From the NCBI GenBank assembly GCA_945883115.1, contig CAMCXA010000005.1, positions 6,479 to 70,478 of the forward strand: a stretch of DNA of 64,000 nt, written 5' to 3'. The notes under the pieces are model-generated. The model was not told the origin of the DNA. It searched no databases and was given only the letters and a program-made list of their open reading frames with translations. The stretch comes from Alsobacter soli (lineage in GTDB: Bacteria; Pseudomonadota; Alphaproteobacteria; Rhizobiales; Beijerinckiaceae). Shown here piece by piece: positions 27,031-36,587 of this stretch. How positions within the stretch are numbered: the stretch's first letter is position 1; each line of letters opens with the position of its first letter. A program made the translations under genes and the position numbers.

Positions 27031-29457
27031 ATGAAGTCGAGTGCAAAGGCCGTGATCATTGGTGGCGGCGTCGTAGGCTGTTCGGTCCTCTACCACCTCA
27101 CCAAAGCCGGCTGGACCGACGTCGTCCTCATCGAACGCGCCGAGTTGACAGCAGGGTCGACATGGCACGCCGCGGGCGGATTTCACACGCTGAACGGCGA
27201 TCCGAATGTTGCCAAGCTCCAGCAATACACCGTTGAATTATATAAGGAAATCGAGGAAATATCCGGCGTTTCCTGCGGCCTGCATTTGACCGGCGGCGTC
27301 ATGCTCGCCGGCACCGAGGATCGCCTCGACTGGCTCAAAATGGCCCACGCCAAGGGCCGCTATCTCGGCATGCACACCGAGATCATCTCGGCCGCGGAAG
27401 CCAAGCGGCGCATGCCCCTCATTGACGAGAGCCACTTCGTCGGCGCCATGTACGATCCCCTCGAAGGCCATCTCGACCCCTACGGCACAACCCATGCTTA
27501 CGCGAAATCGGCCAAAATCAACGGCGCCGAAATCATTGTAAGAAACCGTGTTCTTGAATTAAATCAAAGGGATGACGGCACATGGGATGTCGTCACCGAG
27601 CAAGGCACGATCCACACAGAGCACGTCGTCAATGCGGGTGGGTTGTGGGCCCGCGAGGTCGGTCGCATGGTCGGTCTCGAACTGCCGATCCTCGCCATGG
27701 AGCATATGTATCTCCTCACCGAGGACATTCCCGAAGTCGCCGAAGCCAACAAGAATACGGGCGGCGAAGTCATCACGGCCCTTGATTTCGAAGGCGAAAT
27801 CTATACCCGCCAGGAACGCGGCGGAATGTTGATGGGAACCTATGAAAAGGCTGGAAAACCGTGGTCTGAGCAGGAAACTCCGTGGGATTTTGGCCAAAAT
27901 CTGCTCGAACCCGATCTCGACCGCATCACGCCCGAACTCGAAGTGGGCTTCGAGCACTTCCCGTCCTACGGCAATGCAGGCATTAAGAAGGTCATTAACG
28001 GCCCTTTCACCTTCGCCCCTGATGGGAACCCCTTGGTGGGCCCTGTACGCGCCCTGAGAGGCTTCTGGGTGGCTTGTGGCGTCATGGCAGGGTTCAGCCA
28101 AGGAGGCGGTGTCGGCCTCGCTCTGTCGAACTGGATGGTGAAGGGCGATCCGGGCTTCGATGTCTGGGGCATGGACGTCGCCCGTTATGGCGATTACGCG
28201 ACTTTGGCCTACACAAACGCCAAGGTCCGCGAGAATTACTCCCGCCGCTTCCGCATTCGCTTCCCGAACGAGGAGCTTCCCGCCGGTCGTCCGTTCCGCA
28301 CAACACCGATTTATGACCGTCTTTTGGCCGATAATGCCGTCATGGGCGAGTCCTACGGCCTTGAATACCCGCTTTGGTTCGCTCCAAAGGGCGAAGAAGC
28401 CAAGGATGTGTTCAGTTTCCGCCGTTCAACCGATTTCCCCCATGTCGGCGCGGAAGTAAACCGCGTCCGCACCGCTGTCGGCGTGATGGAAACGTCAGGC
28501 TACGCAAAATACAAAATCACCGGTTCGGGTGCCGAATCATGGCTTTCTCACACGCTTGCCAACAAGATTCCGGCCATTGGACGCATGGTTTTGACGCCAA
28601 TGTTGAACCAAAATGGCAAATTGATCGGCGATTTTACCCTTGCCAAACTCGATCAGGATCAATTCCTGATCATCGGTTCCGGCCCCGCGGAACACTACCA
28701 TATGCGGTGGTTCGAGCAGAATTTGCCAAAATCGGGCGTTCAAATTGAAGCCTTGGGGCTCGATTTGGTCGGACTTTCAATCGCAGGGCCGAAATCGAGA
28801 GATTTACTCGCAAAAATCACGGTTTCTGACGTCTCGAATGCAGCATTTCCGTTCATGTCCATTCGGAAAATGAATCTTGGATCGGTCCCAGCAATCGTCG
28901 GTCGCGTCACATTTACCGGTGATTTGGGCTATGAAATCTGGGTAAAACCGGAATTTCAACGTGCTTTGTTGAATTTGCTTCTCGAAAAGGGCGAGGAATT
29001 CGGGATTGGCCATTTCGGTCTGCGAGCCCTCAATTCCATGCGCCTCGAGAAGAATTTTGGCACTTGGGCACGCGAATATCGCCCGATTTACGGGCCTTTG
29101 GAGGCCGGTCTTGGCCGATTTGCCGATTTGAAGAAGAATTCCTTCATCGGACGCGAAGCCGCTGCTGAAGAAAAATCGACAGGCGGCGCACTGCGGCTCG
29201 TTTCCTTCATCGTTGACGCAACCGATTCCGATTGCATCGGCGACGAGCCAATCTGGCACAACGGCAAGGTCGTCGGTTGGGTAACTTCGGGCGGATATGG
29301 GCATTGGGTCAAAAAATCGATTGCAATGGGCTATATTCCGAAGGAATTGGCCGACGAAAGCACCGGTTTCGAGATTGAGGTCATTGGCGAACGCCGGACT
29401 GCGACCTTGATCCGTGAACCACTTTTCGACCCCAAAGGCGAAAAAATGCGTGGTTAA
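27031..29457 (+). CDS. Dimethylglycine/sarcosine dehydrogenase-like flavoprotein (DAO FAD domain fused to a GcvT aminomethyltransferase-like domain)
   Basis: 808 aa. The N-terminal FAD-binding motif is AVIIGGGVVGCSVLYHL, followed by STWHAAGG. The C-terminal half has folate-binding GcvT-like features (GDLGYEIWV, FGLRALNSMRLEK). Confidence 0.8.
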   Translation: MKSSAKAVIIGGGVVGCSVLYHLTKAGWTDVVLIERAELTAGSTWHAAGGFHTLNGDPNVAKLQQYTVELYKEIEEISGVSCGLHLTGGVMLAGTEDRLDWLKMAHAKGRYLGMHTEIISAAEAKRRMPLIDESHFVGAMYDPLEGHLDPYGTTHAYAKSAKINGAEIIVRNRVLELNQRDDGTWDVVTEQGTIHTEHVVNAGGLWAREVGRMVGLELPILAMEHMYLLTEDIPEVAEANKNTGGEVITALDFEGEIYTRQERGGMLMGTYEKAGKPWSEQETPWDFGQNLLEPDLDRITPELEVGFEHFPSYGNAGIKKVINGPFTFAPDGNPLVGPVRALRGFWVACGVMAGFSQGGGVGLALSNWMVKGDPGFDVWGMDVARYGDYATLAYTNAKVRENYSRRFRIRFPNEELPAGRPFRTTPIYDRLLADNAVMGESYGLEYPLWFAPKGEEAKDVFSFRRSTDFPHVGAEVNRVRTAVGVMETSGYAKYKITGSGAESWLSHTLANKIPAIGRMVLTPMLNQNGKLIGDFTLAKLDQDQFLIIGSGPAEHYHMRWFEQNLPKSGVQIEALGLDLVGLSIAGPKSRDLLAKITVSDVSNAAFPFMSIRKMNLGSVPAIVGRVTFTGDLGYEIWVKPEFQRALLNLLLEKGEEFGIGHFGLRALNSMRLEKNFGTWAREYRPIYGPLEAGLGRFADLKKNSFIGREAAAEEKSTGGALRLVSFIVDATDSDCIGDEPIWHNGKVVGWVTSGGYGHWVKKSIAMGYIPKELADESTGFEIEVIGERRTATLIREPLFDPKGEKMRG

Positions 29458-29485
29458 TGCAAAAAATTGATTTTTGGGGATGAAA

Positions 29486-30364
29486 ATGACGGTTGAAGTA
29501 GCGGTTGCTGCCGAAAATCAATTGGGTGAGGGCGTAATCTGGTCTCCGCAGCTTTCTCGCGTTCTGTGGGCTGATATCCCCGGAAAGTCGATGTGGAGTT
29601 TCGATCCTGCCACCAATTCGCATACGAAAACCGATCTCGGTGAGCGATTGAGCGCCGTTGTGATGCTTTCCCGAAGCAAAATGCTTGTCGCATTCGCATC
29701 TGGCCTTGCTTACGTTGATGTCGAGACGGGTAAGCGGACAGAAATCACAAAAATCGAGCCTGAACTGCCAACAACCCGCCTGAATGACGCAAAATTGGAT
29801 CGTCAGGGGCGTTTTATCGTCGGAACCATGGATGAAACGGAGCAGGACCGCAAGCCGATTGGCCAGGTTTGGAGTTTTGACGGGCGCTCCGAGCCCCGAA
29901 TTTTTTTTGGCGGCGTCCGCATCTCGAACGGAATAGCCTTCTCGCCAGATGGCTCATTAATGTATTTTGCTGATACACCAACCAAACGGATTGATGTTTT
30001 CGACTACGATATTGCTACTGGAACACCGTCGAATCGCAGGGTTTTTGTTGAATTAAGTGCTGATTCTGGGTATCCGGATGGTTCAACCGTTGATTCTGAG
30101 GGTTGCCTTTGGAATGCTGAATGGGGTGGATCCCGAATTGTCCGGTACACCCCGAAAGGCAAAATTGATCGCGTAATCGCGTTACCTGCCCCCTTGATCA
30201 CCTGCTGCGCTTTCGGTGGTCCCGACCTTTCAACCCTGTTTGTGACATCCGCTCGCACCGGACTGGACGAAAAAGCTATCGCAAATGCACCTCTGTCAGG
30301 CGCACTTTTTGCGATCAATGTTGGCATTCAGGGTCTTAAAGATGCGCCGTTTAGCAGTTTTTGA
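29486..30364 (+). CDS. SMP-30/gluconolactonase/LRE family protein
   Basis: LGEGVIWSP, RLNDAKLDRQGRF, ISNGIAFSPDG and PDGSTVDSEGCLWNA are the repeated beta-propeller motifs of the family. The start is ambiguous: TTG 29474, ATG 29480 or ATG 29486. Confidence 0.8.
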   Translation: MTVEVAVAAENQLGEGVIWSPQLSRVLWADIPGKSMWSFDPATNSHTKTDLGERLSAVVMLSRSKMLVAFASGLAYVDVETGKRTEITKIEPELPTTRLNDAKLDRQGRFIVGTMDETEQDRKPIGQVWSFDGRSEPRIFFGGVRISNGIAFSPDGSLMYFADTPTKRIDVFDYDIATGTPSNRRVFVELSADSGYPDGSTVDSEGCLWNAEWGGSRIVRYTPKGKIDRVIALPAPLITCCAFGGPDLSTLFVTSARTGLDEKAIANAPLSGALFAINVGIQGLKDAPFSSF

Positions 30365-30385
30365 GACTTTTCTCAAGAAATCGGC

Positions 30386-31762
30386 TTAACCAACCGAGAG
30401 TTCCCTCAGGACGTTATCAAGCGCATTCACAAGACGATCAACGTCCTCCAATGTCGTTTTGGGTGAAATCAGCATCATATTGTGAAACGGCGCAATCAAA
30501 ACGCCTTGGTTCAGCAATCCAATGTGAATAGCTCCTTCTAACTCGGGAAGATGGGTTTTTTCTGCCTCAGTGCCATTTTTGAGCAGTTTTTCTGAAAAAA
30601 TCAGCTCCACACGCGCTCCGACACGGATCACATGCCACGGCATTTTGTGCCGTTCAATGACTTGGCGAAGCCGTTCTTCAGCAGTCCCCGCCAACGTCTC
30701 CATATGTCGATAATTCGTCGGCGTCATCACGTGCTCGAGGGACGCCCGAAGGGCGGTGAGCGAGAGAGCATTTGCGGAAAGCGTGGTTCCCATTCCCGAA
30801 TGGCCGGATTCTTTGTCGAGGAGTGCCTGTTCATATTGGCTCGCAACCTCGCGCGTCATGCCCCATACAGCAGTAGGAACTCCGCCGGCAATCGCCTTGC
30901 CGCATACCCAAATATCGGGTTCAAGCCCAAAAACACGCGTATATCCGCCATATCCGGATGAAATTGTGTGGGTTTCATCGATCAAAAGTAAGGTTTCTGT
31001 TTCTCTTGTTAGCGTTCGCAAGGCATCATGAAATCCCGGGTTTGGCAGAACCATCGACGAATTGGTCAATACCGGCTCAGTGATGACGCAGGCAACATCT
31101 CGCTTTTCCAGTGCGTCGCGCAAACTGTCGATGTCGTTGAACTCCACAACCTCTGTCATCGCTGTCAAATCAGTGAACTGGCCCATTAAACCGGGCCTGT
31201 GAACCGCTTTTCCATGCTTCAGTCGGACAAAAGTTTCATCAACCGTCCCGTGGTAGCATCCATGAAAAACCAGAATTTTCGGCCGATTTGTAACCGTACG
31301 GGCAAGCCTTAGCGCAAATCTGTTTGCATCGGTCGCAGTGAGGGCTATCTGCCATACCGGCAAGCCAAAAGTCTGCGCGAGAAGCTCGCTGACAATGGCT
31401 GCATCAGCCGTTGGTAGCATATGCGTGAAACCTCGCTGCGCTTGACTTTGAACTGCCAGAGCAATCGATTCAGGGGAATGCCCAAACATCGCGCCCGTAT
31501 CACCAAGACAGAAATCAGCATACTGATTGCCATCAATGTCAATCAGCGAGGCGCCTTTCGCTTGAGCAATGATCAGCGGATACGGCAACGGCCAATCCGT
31601 CATCCATTGCATTGGGACACCATTCACGAAGCCTGACCGCGCGTTTATGGCATGTTCTGCCGCTTTCGGACGCTTGATCGGATAGAGGGCATTTTGCGAT
31701 TGCCGATAACGCTCAAGTGTCGCTAGTGTTACACCACCAACCAATTCCGAGTGATTTTTCAT
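30386..31762 (-). CDS. Class III PLP-dependent aminotransferase (glutamate-1-semialdehyde aminomutase-like subgroup)
   Basis: 458 aa. Motifs GDTGAMFGHSP, FHGCYHGT, LLIDETHT and the lysine region CGKAIAGGVP. Confidence 0.75.
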   Translation of the reverse strand: MKNHSELVGGVTLATLERYRQSQNALYPIKRPKAAEHAINARSGFVNGVPMQWMTDWPLPYPLIIAQAKGASLIDIDGNQYADFCLGDTGAMFGHSPESIALAVQSQAQRGFTHMLPTADAAIVSELLAQTFGLPVWQIALTATDANRFALRLARTVTNRPKILVFHGCYHGTVDETFVRLKHGKAVHRPGLMGQFTDLTAMTEVVEFNDIDSLRDALEKRDVACVITEPVLTNSSMVLPNPGFHDALRTLTRETETLLLIDETHTISSGYGGYTRVFGLEPDIWVCGKAIAGGVPTAVWGMTREVASQYEQALLDKESGHSGMGTTLSANALSLTALRASLEHVMTPTNYRHMETLAGTAEERLRQVIERHKMPWHVIRVGARVELIFSEKLLKNGTEAEKTHLPELEGAIHIGLLNQGVLIAPFHNMMLISPKTTLEDVDRLVNALDNVLRELSVG

Positions 31763-31949
31763 ATCGAGAACGCTCAGCCCTAACCTCGAGAAATTCCGAA
31801 CTCTGTCATCGTCCGACTGCTGCCGCTAGTCAATCGTCGATTTTGCCGATTTTCATGGTCGTTGAACATGTTTGGCCTGAGAGCAAAAACCGTCTAAAAG
31901 GTTTCCTTCTGTTGCAAAACTAATGGTTCATCTCGAAAATCCGGTTCAA

Positions 31950-33911
31950 ATGACAAAGTTTATCAATCTCTTCAAACCGATCAGCGTTGGCGTGACGATT
32001 ATCAAGAACCGGATTGTTTCGACAGGGCACGATACTGTGATGGCTCATGATGGGCACGTGACAGACCGACTGATTGCCTATCACGAGGCGCGAGCTAAGG
32101 GTGGTGCCGGGCTTATCATTGTTCAGGTTTCCGGCGTTCACGAAACCGCCCGATACACATCTCACATGCTGATGGCAACCGATGACAGTTCCATTCCGGG
32201 ATACCGGAAACTTGCCGAATCGGTTCATGCGCATGGAACAAAAATATTTGGGCAATTGTTTCATCCTGGGCGCGAAATCATGGAAACGCAAGACGGCACG
32301 TTGCCTGTCGCCTACGCACCATCCGCCGTTCCGAATTCCCGTTTTCACGTGATGCCGGTGCCGTTATCGCTAGCGATGATTAGGGAAATCGTGGAGGGTT
32401 ATGCAAGTGCTGCGGTGCGTATGCAAAAAGCAGGATTTGACGGCTGCGAAATCGTCGCAAGTCACGGCTATCTTCCAGCCCAATTTCTAAACCCGCATGT
32501 AAATAACCGCTCGGATTCCTACGGCGGCAGCCTATCAAATCGCCTTCGCTTTCTCGATGAAGTAGCGGCAGCAATTCGGCAAAAAGTCGGCGATAAGTTC
32601 GTGGTTGGTGTAAGGATCAGTGGGGAGGAAAAAGACGTCGAAGCTATTGATGTTGGGGAAGTGCTGGAAGTCTGTCGAATGCTCGATAAGACTGGTTTAA
32701 TTGATTTTTTTCATGTCATTGCAGGTACTTCCGCCTCTTTATCGGGCGCAATTCATATCGTGCCGCCAATGTATCTTGAAACCGGTTACATCGCGCCTTT
32801 TGCTGCAACTGTGAAAGGCATTGTTTCAAAGCCGGTTTTTGTAACAGGACGGATCAACCAGCCTCAAATCGCCGAGGCAATTCTGGCAAAAGGCCAGGCA
32901 GATATGTGCGGGATGACGCGCGCGATGATTTCCGATCCTGATATGCCGATAAAAGCGCTTGAAGGACGAAGTGATGATATCAGAGCATGTATAGGCTGCA
33001 ATCAGGCGTGTATTGGCCATTTTCACAAAGGTTACCCGATTTCCTGTATCCAGTTCCCCGAAACAGGGCGTGAACTCACACTTGCCGTGCGTAAGACGCC
33101 TACCACAGGCAGTAAACGGGTGCTTATCGCGGGTGGCGGTCCTGCGGGAATGAAGGCAGCTTCGGTATTGGCAAGTCGTGGTCACAGCGTCACCCTGTGC
33201 GAGGCGGGATCACAACTGGGCGGGCAAGCTCTGCTCGCTCAGTTATTGCCGGGGAGATCTGAATTTGGCGGTATCGTAACAAATCTTGCCCGTGAAATGG
33301 AGATATCGGGTGTTGAGGTGCGGTTAAATACGCTTGTGACCCATTCATTGATCGAAGCCGAAGCACCTGACGTTATGATCATTGCTACCGGTGGAAAACC
33401 CCGTCGCCCTCATATTGAAGGTGGCGACGCTGCTCATATCGTTGACGCTTGGCAGGTGCTTCGAGGTGAAGTGAATGTTGGCACAAATGTCGTTATTGCG
33501 GATTGGCGGGCTGACTGGATTGGAATGGGGATTGCTGAAAAGTTGGCTCGCGATGGTTGTCGCGTTAAACTCTGCGTAGATGCCATTGTTGCGGGTGAAA
33601 CACTGCCATTTTACGTCCGGGATGTAATTGTGGGGCGTCTTTATGCCTTAGGCGTTGAGATCATACCCTACGCCCATCTTTTTGGTGCCGACGAGAATTC
33701 GGTCTACTTTCATCATTCTGCATCGGGCGAACCAATGATTTTAGAGGGTGTGGATACATTGGTCCTTTCTCAAGGAAATGAACGCGTAAACCAGCTGGAA
33801 GAAAATTTTCCGTCGATTGCGTGTCAAATTTACACAATCGGTGACGCGTTCAGTCCCCGGACGGCAGAGGAAGCAGTCCTAGATGGTTTAAAAATTGGCG
33901 TGGAACTCTAG
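31950..33911 (+). CDS. OYE-like FMN / 4Fe-4S / FAD-NAD(P) flavoprotein (2,4-dienoyl-CoA reductase, N-methylproline demethylase and amine dehydrogenase family)
   Basis: It has an N-terminal TIM-barrel OYE motif and the cluster motif CIGCNQACIGHFHKGYPISC. A dinucleotide fold (VLIAGGGPAGMKAA) follows. I chose the start at ATG 31950; the track start is 31923. Confidence 0.75.
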   Translation: MTKFINLFKPISVGVTIIKNRIVSTGHDTVMAHDGHVTDRLIAYHEARAKGGAGLIIVQVSGVHETARYTSHMLMATDDSSIPGYRKLAESVHAHGTKIFGQLFHPGREIMETQDGTLPVAYAPSAVPNSRFHVMPVPLSLAMIREIVEGYASAAVRMQKAGFDGCEIVASHGYLPAQFLNPHVNNRSDSYGGSLSNRLRFLDEVAAAIRQKVGDKFVVGVRISGEEKDVEAIDVGEVLEVCRMLDKTGLIDFFHVIAGTSASLSGAIHIVPPMYLETGYIAPFAATVKGIVSKPVFVTGRINQPQIAEAILAKGQADMCGMTRAMISDPDMPIKALEGRSDDIRACIGCNQACIGHFHKGYPISCIQFPETGRELTLAVRKTPTTGSKRVLIAGGGPAGMKAASVLASRGHSVTLCEAGSQLGGQALLAQLLPGRSEFGGIVTNLAREMEISGVEVRLNTLVTHSLIEAEAPDVMIIATGGKPRRPHIEGGDAAHIVDAWQVLRGEVNVGTNVVIADWRADWIGMGIAEKLARDGCRVKLCVDAIVAGETLPFYVRDVIVGRLYALGVEIIPYAHLFGADENSVYFHHSASGEPMILEGVDTLVLSQGNERVNQLEENFPSIACQIYTIGDAFSPRTAEEAVLDGLKIGVEL

Positions 33912-33983
33912 ATTGCCCTTATCTGAAGTTTTAATTGGCGGTACAAAACTGATCGGTGTGGTTCTCATCTTAGAGGGTTCTCA

Positions 33984-34391
33984 ATGAAGCGATACTTTTA
34001 TCTCTATTTTTATGCAGCTCTTATCCTTTTCCCGCTTGATGCTGTTTGGCTGATGGGACCGGGGTATCACTATTATGTTGAAGAGATTGGCAGTCTTCTG
34101 CGAGTTGACCCTGATCTTAAAGTCGCGGCGATGTTTTATCTGCTCTATCTCCTCGGCATCGTGGTTTTAGTCGTAAAGCCTTCGTACGAAAACCGTTCAT
34201 TGCGCCAAGCGGCAATTAATGGCGGTTTACTGGGACTATGTGCTTACGGAACCTACGATCTTACCAACCTTGCGACTCTCGAAGGTTTTTCAACGCGGAT
34301 TGCGGTAATTGATATGGTTTGGGGAACTTCTTTAACGTTGATTACTGCAACTGGTGCAGTTTGGCTCGCTTTGCGGACGTTCAAACGATGA
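33984..34391 (+). CDS. Small integral membrane protein, DUF2177-like
   Basis: 135 aa with four hydrophobic segments. The motifs LDAVWL and AYGTYDLTNLATL match what I recall of the DUF2177 family. Confidence 0.6.
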   Translation: MKRYFYLYFYAALILFPLDAVWLMGPGYHYYVEEIGSLLRVDPDLKVAAMFYLLYLLGIVVLVVKPSYENRSLRQAAINGGLLGLCAYGTYDLTNLATLEGFSTRIAVIDMVWGTSLTLITATGAVWLALRTFKR

Positions 34392-34419
34392 ATGCAGCGT
34401 TTTGAACATCGACGAGATG

Positions 34420-35337
34420 TCACAAAATTGATGCCGGACGTGCTACGGAAAGTGACTGCGCGCGCGCATTCAACCATAGAGCGATGATTACAAGTCCGGC
34501 ACTCACTGCAATCCGCCAGTCTATTGGCTCGTCAAAAAAGTAATAACCGAAGATTACGCCACTCACTGTTGAGATATAGATCGCTTGAACTGTTGAAACA
34601 GGTCCGAAATTTCTTATCAGGTTAAAGAAAGTAAGCCTTTCAATCACCCAAAGGCCTGATATCGCAACCAAGCCAACTGCCCCAAGTGCTGACATAGTGA
34701 AGCTTTCGCTTCCCATCATTATCAACAAGAGAGGAAGCGCCAATAATCCACTGCAAACACTCTCGACCACACCAACCTGCCTTGTCCCGGCTCCCGATGG
34801 CCAAAATTGCGAAGCAAAGATGTGGTAAAGAGCATAAAGCAATGGCATTCCAAAACTTAAAACAATAATGAAGGTGGATATTTGTAAGGGTGCGACCTCA
34901 TCTGCCATAGGGAATAATAAAATTCCGCTTCCTGAAAATCCACAAACCAAAGCAAGTACACGACGCCAATTTGCTCGCTCCAAACGAAAAATCAAGGCAA
35001 AGGCATAACCAAAAAAGGGTGTGGTTGATCCGATTATTGAGTAAGTTGCCAATGGAATTTTTGTAATGACATAAAGGCTCAACCCGAACGGTACATTCAG
35101 GAAAACAGCGCAACCAAGTCCATAAAGCCACAAGCGTTTGTTTGCAAAGCTACTACGCTTTGTGAAGTATTGGAGAAGCCAAAGGCAAACACCGACAATC
35201 AGACCCGAAAAAACAATGATCTGAGCGGGAGTTACCCCTACAATGGTGAGCCCCCGAGTGATCACTGGTGAAAGGCCCCAAAAGAGCCCAAGCCCCAGCA
35301 TGTTTCCGACAAGCCCACGTCCATTAAGTTCCGACAT
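34420..35337 (-). CDS. DMT superfamily (EamA-like) transporter
   Basis: 305 aa with about 10 hydrophobic helices arranged as a duplicated EamA architecture. Confidence 0.7.
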   Translation of the reverse strand: MSELNGRGLVGNMLGLGLFWGLSPVITRGLTIVGVTPAQIIVFSGLIVGVCLWLLQYFTKRSSFANKRLWLYGLGCAVFLNVPFGLSLYVITKIPLATYSIIGSTTPFFGYAFALIFRLERANWRRVLALVCGFSGSGILLFPMADEVAPLQISTFIIVLSFGMPLLYALYHIFASQFWPSGAGTRQVGVVESVCSGLLALPLLLIMMGSESFTMSALGAVGLVAISGLWVIERLTFFNLIRNFGPVSTVQAIYISTVSGVIFGYYFFDEPIDWRIAVSAGLVIIALWLNARAQSLSVARPASIL

Positions 35338-35393
35338 GGAGACAAGTCCTTTATGTTACGCTCGACTACGTAGTTTCCGGTCGCAACGCAATT

Positions 35394-36158
35394 TTAACTT
35401 GGTGTTCGCGCTTTTCGGGACATCATATTTAACGCTTCTACCCCCGCCGAAAATGCCATGGCGGCGTAAATATACCCCTTGGGCACATGCGCACCGAAAC
35501 CTTCAGCGATCAATGTCATACCGATCATGATTAAAAATCCTAGTGCAAGCATTACAACAGTTGGGTTGTTGTGAATGAAACGAGCAAGCGGATCCGCTGC
35601 CAAAAGCATAGCGATGACGGCAAAAATCACAGCAACCACCATAATTGGTATATGGGATGTCATACCGACTGCTGTAATGATGCTGTCTATCGAAAACACA
35701 AGGTCAAGGATCAGAATTTGGCCGATAGCGGCCGAAAATCCGAGAGTTGCTCGCCCTTCAAAGATATCCGGTCCATGATCTCGGTCCACGCTATGGTGGA
35801 TTTCTTTTGTCGCTTTCCAAACGAGGAAAAGCCCTCCAGCAATCAAGATCATATCCCTCCAAGAGAAATCTTGCCCAAATATAGAGAAAATCGGTGCCGT
35901 AAGTTGGACAATAAAGGCCACGGTGCCCAGAAGTCCAAGTCTCAAGATAAGAGCTAAGCCTATCCCGATACGACGCGCACGAACCCTTTGTTGAGCTGGA
36001 AGCTTGTTCGTCAAGATTGAAATAAAAATCAAATTATCAATGCCGAGGATTATTTCCATGGCTATGAGAGTTATGAGGGCAACCCACGCAGCAGGATCAA
36101 CAATCAATTCAGTGATAGAAGTGTCCAAGGTGCAAAACTCTTGAGTTAAATAATTCAA
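35394..36158 (-). CDS. TerC family integral membrane protein
   Basis: [17 protein letters not shown] and a second DSIITAVGM motif are typical of the TerC/Alx family. Confidence 0.8.
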   Translation of the reverse strand: MNYLTQEFCTLDTSITELIVDPAAWVALITLIAMEIILGIDNLIFISILTNKLPAQQRVRARRIGIGLALILRLGLLGTVAFIVQLTAPIFSIFGQDFSWRDMILIAGGLFLVWKATKEIHHSVDRDHGPDIFEGRATLGFSAAIGQILILDLVFSIDSIITAVGMTSHIPIMVVAVIFAVIAMLLAADPLARFIHNNPTVVMLALGFLIMIGMTLIAEGFGAHVPKGYIYAAMAFSAGVEALNMMSRKARTPS

Positions 36159-36217
36159 AGTTGGACTGACTTCTGCCGCATCAAATGCTTGAGGTCAACT
36201 CCGTTAGGAAAGAGCAA

Positions 36218-36505
36218 TTAGTTGGTGGGTCGTGGGCGCCTTCTCACGCTACGCTCTACAACAACTGTCTTTCCGCTATTTCCCATCTGGATGATTTTGG
36301 TCTGAAGGTGTTTTTCGCGAGCATTCAGTGCAACGATCTCGTGCTTAACTTCGTCAATCGGTAACCCGATGAGTGCGGCAGCGATTTCAGCTTGGCCATC
36401 AACCGTATCGCTGATGTCGCGTGCAGCGCTGATTGCTTCTCGTAGATCAGGATTGGCTTGTTTCACACGGCGATAGCCATATTTCGTTTTCCAAACCTCG
36501 CCCAT
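36218..36505 (-). CDS. Hypothetical protein (95 aa, basic C-terminus)
   Basis: ORF only, co-directional with terC and 59 nt upstream of it. I recognise no family. Confidence 0.35.
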   Translation of the reverse strand: MGEVWKTKYGYRRVKQANPDLREAISAARDISDTVDGQAEIAAALIGLPIDEVKHEIVALNAREKHLQTKIIQMGNSGKTVVVERSVRRRPRPTN

Positions 36506-36587
36506 GAGAAATTCCCTGCTTCAATCACAAAGAGCAATATAACCAAAATCATTGTGCAGTGCAATAATTGATCAAAATTCAAAAATG

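Noticed and set aside
36159-36300. A possible yybP-ykoY manganese riboswitch upstream of terC.
   Set aside because: I found no GGGGAGUAG-like or other conserved core. The space is largely occupied by a 95-aa ORF.
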